A stretch of 47,410 nucleotides of DNA from positions 1 to 47,410 of the forward strand of contig CANJKM010000001.1 of NCBI GenBank assembly GCA_947474805.1, read 5' to 3'. The DNA comes from Caulobacterales bacterium (lineage in GTDB: Bacteria > Pseudomonadota > Alphaproteobacteria > Caulobacterales > Caulobacteraceae). Under the pieces are notes generated by a model that searched no databases, was not told the origin of the DNA, and saw nothing but the letters and a program-made list of their open reading frames with translations. This document shows positions 28,583-36,501 of this stretch, piece after piece. How positions within the stretch are numbered: position 1 is the first letter of the stretch; each line of letters opens with the position of its first letter. The position numbers and the translations under genes are program-made.

Positions 28583-29869
28583 TCACGAAGCGGGCGAAAC
28601 CGGCAAGACTGAGGAGAGCCCGGCCTGGCTTTTCAAGGCCTGGATCAGCCCGAAGGTCAAATAGCCGTCGGCCGGCATGTTCCGCGTGCGCTGCCAGGCT
28701 CGCGTGGCGGCGCGGGTTTTCAGCCCCAGCACCCCGTCGGCCTCGCCCACGTCGAAGCCGAGGCTGGCGAGGGCCTGCTGGGCGGCGATGCGGTCGGCGA
28801 GCGCGATGGGCGTCTCGACAGGCCAGGCGGCCAGAACGCCCGGGCGCCCGGCGATCCGGTCGGCCAGGAGGCCCACCGCCAGGGCGTAGGTGGTGGCGTT
28901 GTTATAGGCGCGAATGGCGAAATGGTTGGGCAGGATCAGGAAGGCCGGACCCGACCAGCCGGCCGGCAGGATCAATCCGGCGGCCTCCTCTGCGTCGGCG
29001 GGGCTCCAGGCTTGCCCGCCCATGGGAAGGACCCCGCGCTCGGCCCACCAGGCCCAGGGGTGGCGCTCGCCCTCGGACAGGCCGTAGTCGAAGCTGCCGT
29101 CGGTGGGAAGGAAGACCTCTTTGGCCCAGCCCTGGCCGCGCCGCCAAGCCGCCTTGCGGGCCAGGAAGTTGCCCGATGAGCCGATCGAGTCGGCCGATGA
29201 GGTCCAGATGTCGCGCTTGCCGTCGCCGTCGGCGTCGACGGCGTAGTTGAGATAGTCCTCCGGCGTGAACTGGGTCTGGCCCATGGCCCCGGCCCAGCTG
29301 CCCTTCAGCCGCTCGCGCGGCGCGTCGCCGCGGATGATGATCTTGAGAGCGGCCTGGAGCTGGCTCTCCCCGAACTGGCGGCGGCGGCCCTCGGCGGCCA
29401 AGGTGGCGAGCGAGCGGACGACGTCGTAGTCGCCCTGGTTCTGGCCGAAATTGCTCTCGATCCCCCAGATGGCGACCAGAATCTCGGCCGGGACGCCGTG
29501 CTGCTCGGCGATGGGGTCTATCCAGACGGAGCCTTCGGTACGCTGCCGGGTTCCGGCGTTGACCCGGGCCTGGGAGACCGAGCCGGCCAGATAGTCGCCC
29601 ATCGAGCGGGAGAGCTCGGGCTGGCGCTGGTCGGCGGCCAGGACGCGAGGGTCGGGAGTCAGGCCGGCCAGCAGCTCATTGACCCGGGCCATGGGCAGGC
29701 CCACGCTCGCAGTGCGCAGGATGAAGCCCTGTTTCCAGGCCTCGAAGATGGAATCGCCCGAGGCCACGGGCGGCGGCGGCGCGATCCCGCCCGTCCCATA
29801 GAGCTGGGTATAGGGGATCGGCGCGGCGATCAGGCCGACGGTCGAGGCGAGGAATGTGCGCCGGTACAT
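28583..29869 (-). CDS. lytic murein transglycosylase (MltB family) with a C-terminal peptidoglycan-binding domain
   Basis: Catalytic region AIWGIESNFGQNQG and a PG_binding_1-like tail (ADGVLGLKTRAATRAWQ). The ATG at 29869 gives a MYRRTFLAST signal. The ORF stays open up to 29935. Confidence 0.85.
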   Translation of the reverse strand: MYRRTFLASTVGLIAAPIPYTQLYGTGGIAPPPPVASGDSIFEAWKQGFILRTASVGLPMARVNELLAGLTPDPRVLAADQRQPELSRSMGDYLAGSVSQARVNAGTRQRTEGSVWIDPIAEQHGVPAEILVAIWGIESNFGQNQGDYDVVRSLATLAAEGRRRQFGESQLQAALKIIIRGDAPRERLKGSWAGAMGQTQFTPEDYLNYAVDADGDGKRDIWTSSADSIGSSGNFLARKAAWRRGQGWAKEVFLPTDGSFDYGLSEGERHPWAWWAERGVLPMGGQAWSPADAEEAAGLILPAGWSGPAFLILPNHFAIRAYNNATTYALAVGLLADRIAGRPGVLAAWPVETPIALADRIAAQQALASLGFDVGEADGVLGLKTRAATRAWQRTRNMPADGYLTFGLIQALKSQAGLSSVLPVSPAS

Positions 29870-29935
29870 GGCCTCAGCGTAACGGCTGGCGGCGGGGGGC
29901 TCAATCACAAGCCCGTGCCTTGTCGAACGGGCCAT

Positions 29936-30451
29936 CTAGGGGATGGGCTTCCCCATCCGGATCAGCGGTACGCCCTGGTCGACGATGCGCTCGATCTCCT
30001 CAAAGCCGTGAGCGCGGTAGAGGGGCTCGCCCGCCAGGTTGGCCATCAACTGCAGTCGGGAAAAGCCCTCCGCACGGGCGGCCTCCTCGCAGAGCTTCAG
30101 GATCAGTCCGCCGATTCCCCGGCGGACATGGGCGGGGTCGGTGTACATGGCCCGCACCCGCGCGGCGTCGGTCCGCGGGTCGAGCAGGGCGGCGTCGCGG
30201 CCGGCGCTGTGGTCGCCGCCATAGAGGGTGGCTCTGCGGCTCCAGCCGCCGCAGCCGACGATCTCCCCCTCGTCCTCAATGACAATATAGGTCCCGTCGC
30301 GGACCAGGGCGGTGTCGAGCCCCATGACCTTCTTGCTGGCCTCGACCTGCTCAGGCGTGAGGAAGGGCGTCTGCAGGGCGGAAATGGCCCGCGCCATCAG
30401 ACCGGACAAGCGGTCGAGGTCGTCGAGGGCGGCGATCCTGGCGCTGAGCAT
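29936..30451 (-). CDS. GNAT family N-acetyltransferase
   Basis: 171 aa with acetyl-CoA motif A-like RRGIGGLIL. Confidence 0.8.
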   Translation of the reverse strand: MLSARIAALDDLDRLSGLMARAISALQTPFLTPEQVEASKKVMGLDTALVRDGTYIVIEDEGEIVGCGGWSRRATLYGGDHSAGRDAALLDPRTDAARVRAMYTDPAHVRRGIGGLILKLCEEAARAEGFSRLQLMANLAGEPLYRAHGFEEIERIVDQGVPLIRMGKPIP

Positions 30452-30510
30452 AAGGAGGCCGTATCAAGCGGGCGCGCGGGGTTCAACGCGCGGCGAGCAA
30501 AGGTGCGCGG

Positions 30511-31215
30511 ATGAAGGCCCAGATCGTCTCTTTCGTGGTCCTCGGCGCCTTGGTCCTGCCCGATGGCGGGCAGGCGGCGCGCGCGGGCTTTCCGGCGCCC
30601 GACCGGCCGGTTGCCGAGATCGTCAGCCCGATCTGGTCGTCCGGCCCTGACCGCGACGCCGTCGATGAGTCCAGCCAACTGGTGCGTGGGCTCGGGATCC
30701 GAAAAGGCATGGCGGTGGCCGACATCGGCGCGGGCTCGGGTTACCACACGCTCAGGCTCTCGCCGGTGGTCGGGCCGACCGGGCGGGTCTACGCCCAGGA
30801 CGTCACCGAGAGCTACCTGGCCGACCTCAGGCGCGAAGTGGCGCGGCGAAAGCTCGCCAATGTGACGCTGGTGCTGGGAAAGTCGGACGATCCGGCCCTG
30901 CCGCCGGTCTCGGTGGATCGGGCCATCTTGGTCCATATGTATCACGAGGTCGCCCAGCCCTACGGCCTGCTCTGGAACCTGGCGGGCGCCCTGAGGCCCG
31001 GAGCCAAGGTCGGGGTGGTCGATCTCGATCGCCCCCCTGAGCGGCACGGCATCCCGCCTGCGCTGCTCCGATGCGAGTTCGAGGCGGTGGGCTATCGCCA
31101 GACCGGCTTCCAGGTGCTCAAGGGCGGGGTCGGCTTCCTGGCCACCTTTGAGCCGCCGGCGAAGGGCAGGTTACCGGAGCCGGGCGCGATCAAGCCCTGC
31201 CGTCTTCCCGGCTGA
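30511..31215 (+). CDS. class I SAM-dependent methyltransferase with an N-terminal hydrophobic signal or anchor
   Basis: Motif I VADIGAGSGYHT. N-terminus MKAQIVSFVVLGALVLPDGGQA. Confidence 0.8.
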   Translation: MKAQIVSFVVLGALVLPDGGQAARAGFPAPDRPVAEIVSPIWSSGPDRDAVDESSQLVRGLGIRKGMAVADIGAGSGYHTLRLSPVVGPTGRVYAQDVTESYLADLRREVARRKLANVTLVLGKSDDPALPPVSVDRAILVHMYHEVAQPYGLLWNLAGALRPGAKVGVVDLDRPPERHGIPPALLRCEFEAVGYRQTGFQVLKGGVGFLATFEPPAKGRLPEPGAIKPCRLPG

Positions 31216-31221
31216 AGGCGG

Positions 31222-32412
31222 CTAGAGCTTCACCAACCGCGACGCGTTGATGTCCTTCACGGTCGGGGTGCCCATCTGCTGCATGGTCAGGGTCAGCTCC
31301 GCCCGCAGGATGGACAAGACCTTCTCGACCCCGGCCTGACCAAAGGCCGATAGACCCCAGATGTAGGGGCGGCCGATGCCGGCGCCGCGCGCGCCCGAGG
31401 CCAAGGCCTTGTAGATGTCGCTGCCGTGACGGACGCCGCCGTCGACGAAGACGGGAATGCGGCCCTTCACGGCGGCGGTCACTTCGGGCAGGCAGTCGAT
31501 GGTCGCCCGCAGGGTCTCCAGCGCCCGGCCGCCGTGGTTGGAGACGATCAGGCCGTCGATCCCGTGCCGGACCGCGAGCTCGGCGTCCTCGGCCCCGTCG
31601 ATCCCCTTCAGCATCACCTTCATCTTGGTGAGGCGCTTGAGCTTGTCGACCGTCTCCCAGGTGGCGTCCTTGGGGTTGTAGGTGGGGCCAAGCCCCTCAT
31701 ACATCGGCCGCCAGATCGGCACGCCGCGGCCGCCAGTGTGGCAGGAGAGGCAGTCGCGGGTGTCCTGCAGCCAGAAGCGGCTCTGGGTCGGGGTGTTGCG
31801 GCCGGCGAGGAGGTCGACGGTCCAGACCAGGACCTTGCAGCCCGCGTCCTCGATCCGCTTCACCATCTTGACCGTGTCGTCCCATTTGACCGGCATGTAG
31901 AGCTGCTGCCAGGGAACCGAGCCGAGCGGCTTGGAGACGTCCTCGATCGAATAGGTCGAGACGTTGGACAGGATCATCTTGTGGCCCCGGGCCTTGGCCG
32001 CGCGGGCCGTGGCCAGCTCCCCCTCGGGGTCGAAGGCGCGCTGGCCGCCGACCGGGCAGATGAAGAGGGGCGTTTCCCAGCGTTCGCCGAACACATCGAC
32101 GCCGAGGTCGGGCTTGGAGACGTCGACCAGGCGGCGGGGTTTCAGCCCGATGTGGCGGTAGGCCTCGACATTGGCCTTGAGGGTCAGGTCGTCGTCCGAG
32201 CCCGTGGCCATATAGCCCCAGTGGGCCGGCGGCAGGGCCCGCTTGGCCACGGCCTCGAAGTCCATCGCCTGCAGCGCCTCTTCGGCGTTTGCGAGGGCGG
32301 GCAGGTCGCGAGTGTTGGCCAGCTGTTGTGCCAGGGCGCGGGCGGCCGGGGTGAGGACGGCGGCCGCCGCGAGGTATTTGAAGAAGGTGCGGCGATCGTT
32401 CAGCAGGCTCAC
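31222..32412 (-). CDS. FMN-dependent alpha-hydroxy acid oxidase/dehydrogenase (LldD/glycolate oxidase family) with a Tat signal
   Basis: VSNHGGRALE active-site motif and a TIM-barrel FMN signature. The GTG at 32412 is preceded by AAGGAGA. The N-terminus contains DRRTFFKYLAAAAVL. The ORF-track extension to 32736 is judged non-coding. Confidence 0.85.
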   Translation of the reverse strand: MSLLNDRRTFFKYLAAAAVLTPAARALAQQLANTRDLPALANAEEALQAMDFEAVAKRALPPAHWGYMATGSDDDLTLKANVEAYRHIGLKPRRLVDVSKPDLGVDVFGERWETPLFICPVGGQRAFDPEGELATARAAKARGHKMILSNVSTYSIEDVSKPLGSVPWQQLYMPVKWDDTVKMVKRIEDAGCKVLVWTVDLLAGRNTPTQSRFWLQDTRDCLSCHTGGRGVPIWRPMYEGLGPTYNPKDATWETVDKLKRLTKMKVMLKGIDGAEDAELAVRHGIDGLIVSNHGGRALETLRATIDCLPEVTAAVKGRIPVFVDGGVRHGSDIYKALASGARGAGIGRPYIWGLSAFGQAGVEKVLSILRAELTLTMQQMGTPTVKDINASRLVKL

Positions 32413-32535
32413 GGCTGGTCTCCTTATTGTTATGCGCTCGCCGCGCGGGGCCCCTAGCCGAGGGCTAGGCTGGGCCATTGCGGCGGCCCGTGCAAGGTCG
32501 CCATAGTGCAGGGGCTTTCCGAGGCCCGCTTTGGA

Positions 32536-32564
32536 TTGACCTCTCCGAGGCTTTGACCTATACG
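32536..32564 (+). promoter_or_regulatory. candidate sigma70-type promoter for rpmJ
   Basis: TTGACC-N17-TATACG, about 60 nt upstream of the rpmJ ATG. Based on pattern match only. Confidence 0.25.
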
Positions 32565-32626
32565 CCCCGTTCCCTGGCCCGCACCCTCTGCGAGGGCCTG
32601 TCCTTGTTAGCCTGAAGAGTCCTCCG

Positions 32627-32752
32627 ATGAAGGTCCGCAGCTCGCTCAAGTCGCTCAAGACCCGCCACCGGGATTGCAAGGTCGTGCGCCGCAAGGGCCG
32701 CGTATATGTGATCAACAAGACCGACCCGCGCTTCAAGGCCCGCCAGGGTTGA
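32627..32752 (+). CDS. rpmJ: 50S ribosomal protein L36
   Basis: Hand translation gives [41 protein letters not shown] (41 aa). The ORF is below the ORF-track size cutoff. An intrinsic terminator follows. Confidence 0.93.
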   Translation: MKVRSSLKSLKTRHRDCKVVRRKGRVYVINKTDPRFKARQG

Positions 32753-32755
32753 TCC

Positions 32756-32785
32756 GGGGCGCTTCGGCGCCCCTTTCGATTTCTC
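32756..32785 (+). terminator. intrinsic terminator after rpmJ
   Basis: ggggcgc-ttcg-gcgcccc followed by tttcgatttct. Confidence 0.7.
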
Positions 32786-32802
32786 GGCCAGAGTTACCCA
32801 CA

Positions 32803-32833
32803 GGCTGCGGTGAAAACTCCGCAGCCTTTTTCG
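32803..32833 (+). terminator. second terminator-like hairpin downstream of rpmJ
   Basis: ggctgcgg-tgaaaact-ccgcagcc followed by tttttcg. Confidence 0.55.
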
Positions 32834-32842
32834 TGCCCGCTG

Positions 32843-32871
32843 TTGAGCGCGCGCCTTGCCGGCCCTAGCGT
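32843..32871 (+). promoter_or_regulatory. candidate promoter for gapR
   Basis: TTGAGC-N17-TAGCGT, about 33 nt upstream of the gapR ATG. Based on pattern match only. Confidence 0.2.
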
Positions 32872-32903
32872 CGCGCGCCTTTTAGTTGTTTTCGGAGACC
32901 GTC

Positions 32904-33176
32904 ATGGACGACGCCGCCTTTCAATCCAGCCCCGACGTCCTGACCGCCACCGCCCAGGGCCGTCTGAAGAGCTTCCTCGAGCGGATCGAGCGGCTTGAAG
33001 AGGACAAGGCCGCGGTGATGAACGACCTCAAGGAGGTCTATGCCGAGGCCAAGGGCGAGGGCTTCGACACCAAGATCATGCGCAAGGTCATCCGGCTGAT
33101 GAAGCAGGACAAGGCCAAGCGGCAGGAGGAGGACGCGATCCTCGACCTGTATCTGGCGGCCATCGGCGGTCTTTGA
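32904..33176 (+). CDS. gapR: nucleoid-associated protein GapR (DUF2312)
   Basis: TAQGRLKSFLERIERLEEDKAAVMNDLKEVYAEAKGEGFDTKIMRKVIRLMKQDKAKRQEEDAILDLYLAAIG closely matches Caulobacter GapR as I remember it. ATG at 32904 with GGAGA upstream. Confidence 0.88.
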   Translation: MDDAAFQSSPDVLTATAQGRLKSFLERIERLEEDKAAVMNDLKEVYAEAKGEGFDTKIMRKVIRLMKQDKAKRQEEDAILDLYLAAIGGL

Positions 33177-33259
33177 AGCGACAGCCCGTAGATCCCAAAG
33201 CGGCTCTAAGGGCTGCTGCACAGCGCCGGGCTCTGCGGGCGCTGAAGAAGGCCGAACGC

Positions 33260-33499
33260 ATGGCCGCCAAGGCCGGCGTCGACCTCTCCCAGTGGGAGGG
33301 GGAATTCCTGCAATCGGCGGCCGAGCGGGTGAAGACCTATGGCCGCGCCTTCGCCGATCCCGAGAAGGGCGCGCCCGGCCAGGCGCTGTCGATGCGCCAG
33401 ACGATCAAGCTGAAAGAGATCTCGGCCAAGGCGTCAGGCAAGGAAAAGACCCGTCGTTTTGGCCGCGCCCGCCGCGACAAGCCGGCGAGCGACAGCTAG
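33260..33499 (+). CDS. hypothetical small basic protein
   Basis: High GC3 from the ATG at 33260 onward. The upstream part of the ORF (TTG at 33173) has poor codon bias. No recognisable domain. Confidence 0.45.
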   Translation: MAAKAGVDLSQWEGEFLQSAAERVKTYGRAFADPEKGAPGQALSMRQTIKLKEISAKASGKEKTRRFGRARRDKPASDS

Positions 33500-33530
33500 A
33501 AGGCTTCGACCCGCTTGTGAGGCCCATCGC

Positions 33531-34526
33531 ATGACCGACCCCGCAGATCGTCCCGCCATCCTGGTGGCTGGCGGCGCCGGCTATATCGGCGCCCAGACCT
33601 GCAAGGCCCTCTATCAGGCCGGCTATCTGCCGGTGGTGCTGGACAATCTCTCGACCGGCTACACCAAGGCGGTGAAGTGGGGTCCCTTCCATCCGGGAGA
33701 CCTGAACGACCGGGCGCTGGTGGCCGGGGTGGTCGCGCAATACGGGATCAAGGGCGCGATCCATTTCGCGGCCTTCAGCCTGGTCGGCGAGAGCGTCAAG
33801 GACCCGATCAAATATTATGAGAACAACACGGCCGCCGCCGTGGTCTTCACCAAGGCCCTGATCGAAGCGGGAGTGCGGGCCTTCGTCTTCTCCTCAACGG
33901 CGGCGGTCTATGGCGTGCCCAGCGTCTCGCCCATCCCCGAGCACCATGCGACCAACCCGAACAATCCATACGGCGCCTCCCAGCTGGCCTTCGAGAGCGC
34001 CCTGCGCTGGATCGGCGAGGCGCACGATTTCCGCTGGGCGGCGCTGCGCTATTTCAACGCCGCCGGGGCGGACCCCGAGGGCGAGACCGGCGAGAGCCAC
34101 GAGCCCGAGACCCATCTGATCCCCAATATGATCAAGGCCCAGCTTGGGACCGGCCCTGCCCTGACCGTGTTCGGCGAAGATTACCCGACCCCCGACGGCA
34201 CCCCGATCCGCGACTACATCCACGTCGTTGATCTCGCCGAGGCGCATGTCCTGGCGATCCGCGATTTGCTGGCGGGCGGCCAGAGCGCAGTCATGAATGT
34301 CGGCACGGGCGAGGGCGTGACGGTCAAACAGATGATCGCCGCCGCCGAGCGTGTGCTGGGCGTGCCGGTTCCGCGCACGGTGGGGCCGCGCCGGGCGGGC
34401 GATCCGCCGTCGCTGGTGGCCGATTCCACCCTGATCCAACAGCGGTTGGGCTGGAGGCCGAAATGCTCGGACCTCGACAGCATCATCCGCGACGCGGCGC
34501 TTTGGCAGCGGTCGCGGGTGTGGTGA
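33531..34526 (+). CDS. galE: UDP-glucose 4-epimerase
   Basis: GGAGYIG Rossmann motif, YGASQ (YxxxK region) and about 331 aa. Start taken at the internal ATG at 33531. Confidence 0.9.
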   Translation: MTDPADRPAILVAGGAGYIGAQTCKALYQAGYLPVVLDNLSTGYTKAVKWGPFHPGDLNDRALVAGVVAQYGIKGAIHFAAFSLVGESVKDPIKYYENNTAAAVVFTKALIEAGVRAFVFSSTAAVYGVPSVSPIPEHHATNPNNPYGASQLAFESALRWIGEAHDFRWAALRYFNAAGADPEGETGESHEPETHLIPNMIKAQLGTGPALTVFGEDYPTPDGTPIRDYIHVVDLAEAHVLAIRDLLAGGQSAVMNVGTGEGVTVKQMIAAAERVLGVPVPRTVGPRRAGDPPSLVADSTLIQQRLGWRPKCSDLDSIIRDAALWQRSRVW

Positions 34527-34547
34527 CCCTCGGGACAAGCCCGAGGG
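34527..34547. repeat. REP-like hairpin ccctcggg-acaag-cccgaggg between convergent genes
   Basis: 8-bp stem with a 5-nt loop, starting immediately after the galE stop. No U-run. Confidence 0.4.
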
Positions 34548-34557
34548 CGACGAAGAT

Positions 34558-34950
34558 CTAGGGGACGGTCGTTTCCGGATCGACCGGTTCGACCGCGCGT
34601 TCGCCGTGCTTCAGGGCCCACTGCAGGCCAACGGTCGCGCCCTTGATCAGGGGCAGGAGCGTCAGGGTCAGGATGATCAGCGGCGGGATGGTGATGCCGA
34701 CGACCAAGGGCGCGGGCCAGGTCCAGATGAAGGGGAAGAATAGCGTCGGGCCGATCACCAGGTGGCCGACCAGGAAGATGGTGAAATAGGGAGGGGCGTC
34801 GTCGGCGGGATAGCGGCCGTTGGCGTGGCCGCACGCCGCGCAGTTGGGCTCGACCTTAAGATAGCCGCGAAACAGCTTGCCTTGGCCGCAATTGGGGCAT
34901 TTGCGGGTGAAGCCGCGCGACAGGCCGGTCCAGAGAACACCCTTTTCCAT
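34558..34950 (-). CDS. DUF983 domain-containing protein
   Basis: CPNCGQGKLF...CAACG zinc-ribbon followed by DAPPYFTIFLVGH and membrane helices. Confidence 0.88.
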   Translation of the reverse strand: MEKGVLWTGLSRGFTRKCPNCGQGKLFRGYLKVEPNCAACGHANGRYPADDAPPYFTIFLVGHLVIGPTLFFPFIWTWPAPLVVGITIPPLIILTLTLLPLIKGATVGLQWALKHGERAVEPVDPETTVP

Positions 34951-35038
34951 GCAGCCTATGTATGCGCAATGGGCTTCAAGCGCACCCTTACTTAAGCGAA
35001 ATCGGCCTACAAAAGCCGACCCGACGACAGGAACCTGA

Positions 35039-35371
35039 ATGATGAACGCGCTGGATCGGTCGCGAGACGCGCTTTTTGTCGAGCGGCTTCACGCCAAGAC
35101 CGTTGCTCGGGGCCTCGCCTGGGCGCCTTCGGAGCACGAGGGTCGGTTCTGCGTCGAGGTCGGCGACTGGCTGGTTGAGATCGGCGAGGGTGGGGCCGAC
35201 TACGGCTCGGAAATCCTGATCTGCGGCAAGGACGGCAAGGCGCTGGAGCTTCTGAGCCCGGGTCCTTCAAAGGAGAGCCGCCAGCTGTTCGCCCAGACCT
35301 ATGAAGGCGCGCGCCGGATCGCACTCGGGGTCGATGCGGTGATCGACAGCCTGATCGAAAGTCTGGGCTAG
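35039..35371 (+). CDS. hypothetical protein
   Basis: 110 aa with reasonable GC3 bias and AGGA upstream. No recognisable motif. Confidence 0.55.
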   Translation: MMNALDRSRDALFVERLHAKTVARGLAWAPSEHEGRFCVEVGDWLVEIGEGGADYGSEILICGKDGKALELLSPGPSKESRQLFAQTYEGARRIALGVDAVIDSLIESLG

Positions 35372-35375
35372 CGAC

Positions 35376-35834
35376 CTAGAGCGCCAAGTGCAGGAATTGG
35401 TTGAAGTCGCTGCGCACGTATTCGGCGAAGGCTTCGCCATTGCGGAAGCCGCGTCGACGATAGAGGGACAGGGCCGGTTCGAAGGCGTCTCCGCTACCGG
35501 TTTCGAGGCTGAGCCGCTTGAGCCCCCGCGCCCGGGCCGCGTCGATGACGGTCTCCAGGAGGGTGGCGCCGACGCCCTTGCGCAGATGATCCGGGTGGGT
35601 GCGCATCGACTTGAGCTCGCCCCCGGCGTCATCAAGCTGTTTCAGCGCCGCGATCCCCGCGATCGCCTCGCCGTCCCAGGCGGTCCAGACGGTGACGTTC
35701 GGTTGCCTTAGACCGGAGAGGTCCAGCGCGAAGGAATGCCCCGGCGGCGAGGTCGCATGCATTCCCGACAGATGCAGGGTCAGGAGAGCGCGGGTCGGCG
35801 CTCCGGCGAGGTCGTCTTCGCGGATGACCAGCAC
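35376..35834 (-). CDS. GNAT family N-acetyltransferase
   Basis: 152 aa with motif A-like LRKGVGATLL. Confidence 0.8.
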   Translation of the reverse strand: MLVIREDDLAGAPTRALLTLHLSGMHATSPPGHSFALDLSGLRQPNVTVWTAWDGEAIAGIAALKQLDDAGGELKSMRTHPDHLRKGVGATLLETVIDAARARGLKRLSLETGSGDAFEPALSLYRRRGFRNGEAFAEYVRSDFNQFLHLAL

Positions 35835-35849
35835 AGGCCGCCCGAGCCC

Positions 35850-36410
35850 TTAGCGCGGCGCGCGCTTGGCCAGAATCCGTTGCAGGGTGCGACGGTGCAT
35901 GTTCAGGCGCCGGGCGGTCTCGGAGATGTTGTGGCCGCAGAGTTCATAGACCCGCTGGATGTGCTCCCAGCGCACGCGGTCGGCCGACATCGGGTTTTCA
36001 GGCGGCGGCGGCGCCACGCCGTTGCGGGAGGCCAGCAGGGCGCGGGCCACGTCGTCGGCGTCGGCGGGCTTGGGCAGATAATCGACCGCCCCGGCCTTCA
36101 CGGCCGCGACGGCGGTGGCGATGTTGCCGTAGCCGGTGAGCATGACCACCCGGGCGTCGGGACGTTCGGCGTGGATGGCCTCGACGACCTGCAGGCCATT
36201 GCCGTCCTCAAGCCGCATATCAAGCACGGCGAAGGCCGGCGCACTGGCCCGCACGGACTGAATCGCCTCCTCGATCGAGCCGACGAGTCGGGTTTCGAAG
36301 CCGCGTTGCTCCAGCGCCCGTCCGAGCCGGGTTCGCAGCGGCGCATCGTCGTCGAGCACGAGCAGGCTCTTGTCGGGCAGGGCTGCGATGGCGGTGGAGA
36401 CGTCGGTCAT
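35850..36410 (-). CDS. regA: redox response regulator RegA/ActR/PrrA
   Basis: REC domain plus the invariant C-terminal HTH NISETARRLNMHRRTLQRILAKR. Confidence 0.92.
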   Translation of the reverse strand: MTDVSTAIAALPDKSLLVLDDDAPLRTRLGRALEQRGFETRLVGSIEEAIQSVRASAPAFAVLDMRLEDGNGLQVVEAIHAERPDARVVMLTGYGNIATAVAAVKAGAVDYLPKPADADDVARALLASRNGVAPPPPENPMSADRVRWEHIQRVYELCGHNISETARRLNMHRRTLQRILAKRAPR

Positions 36411-36501
36411 CTAGGGCTCGATCCTGGCCCGCCAAAATTGCGCACCAGTCACAATGTCGCAGCTTTGAGGGGGGGGCTTCAAGCCCTTGCATTCATTCCG
36501 T

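Noticed and set aside
28583-29935. 450-aa version of MltB starting at 29935
   Set aside because: That ORF boundary is set merely by the stop codon of the neighbouring GNAT gene. The ATG at 29869 places the RR-containing signal peptide at the N-terminus.
31222-32736. 504-aa version of the alpha-hydroxy-acid oxidase ORF
   Set aside because: The extra 108 N-terminal codons have poor coding character and run antisense across rpmJ and its promoter. A GTG at 32412 has a strong AAGGAGA SD and yields a Tat signal at the very N-terminus.
32847-32878. Third hairpin before gapR as a bona fide terminator
   Set aside because: The stem is only a 7-bp GCGCGC-type self-complementary pairing with an 18-nt loop, and it overlaps a plausible -35/-10 pair for gapR. 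I kept it as part of a finding, not as a feature.
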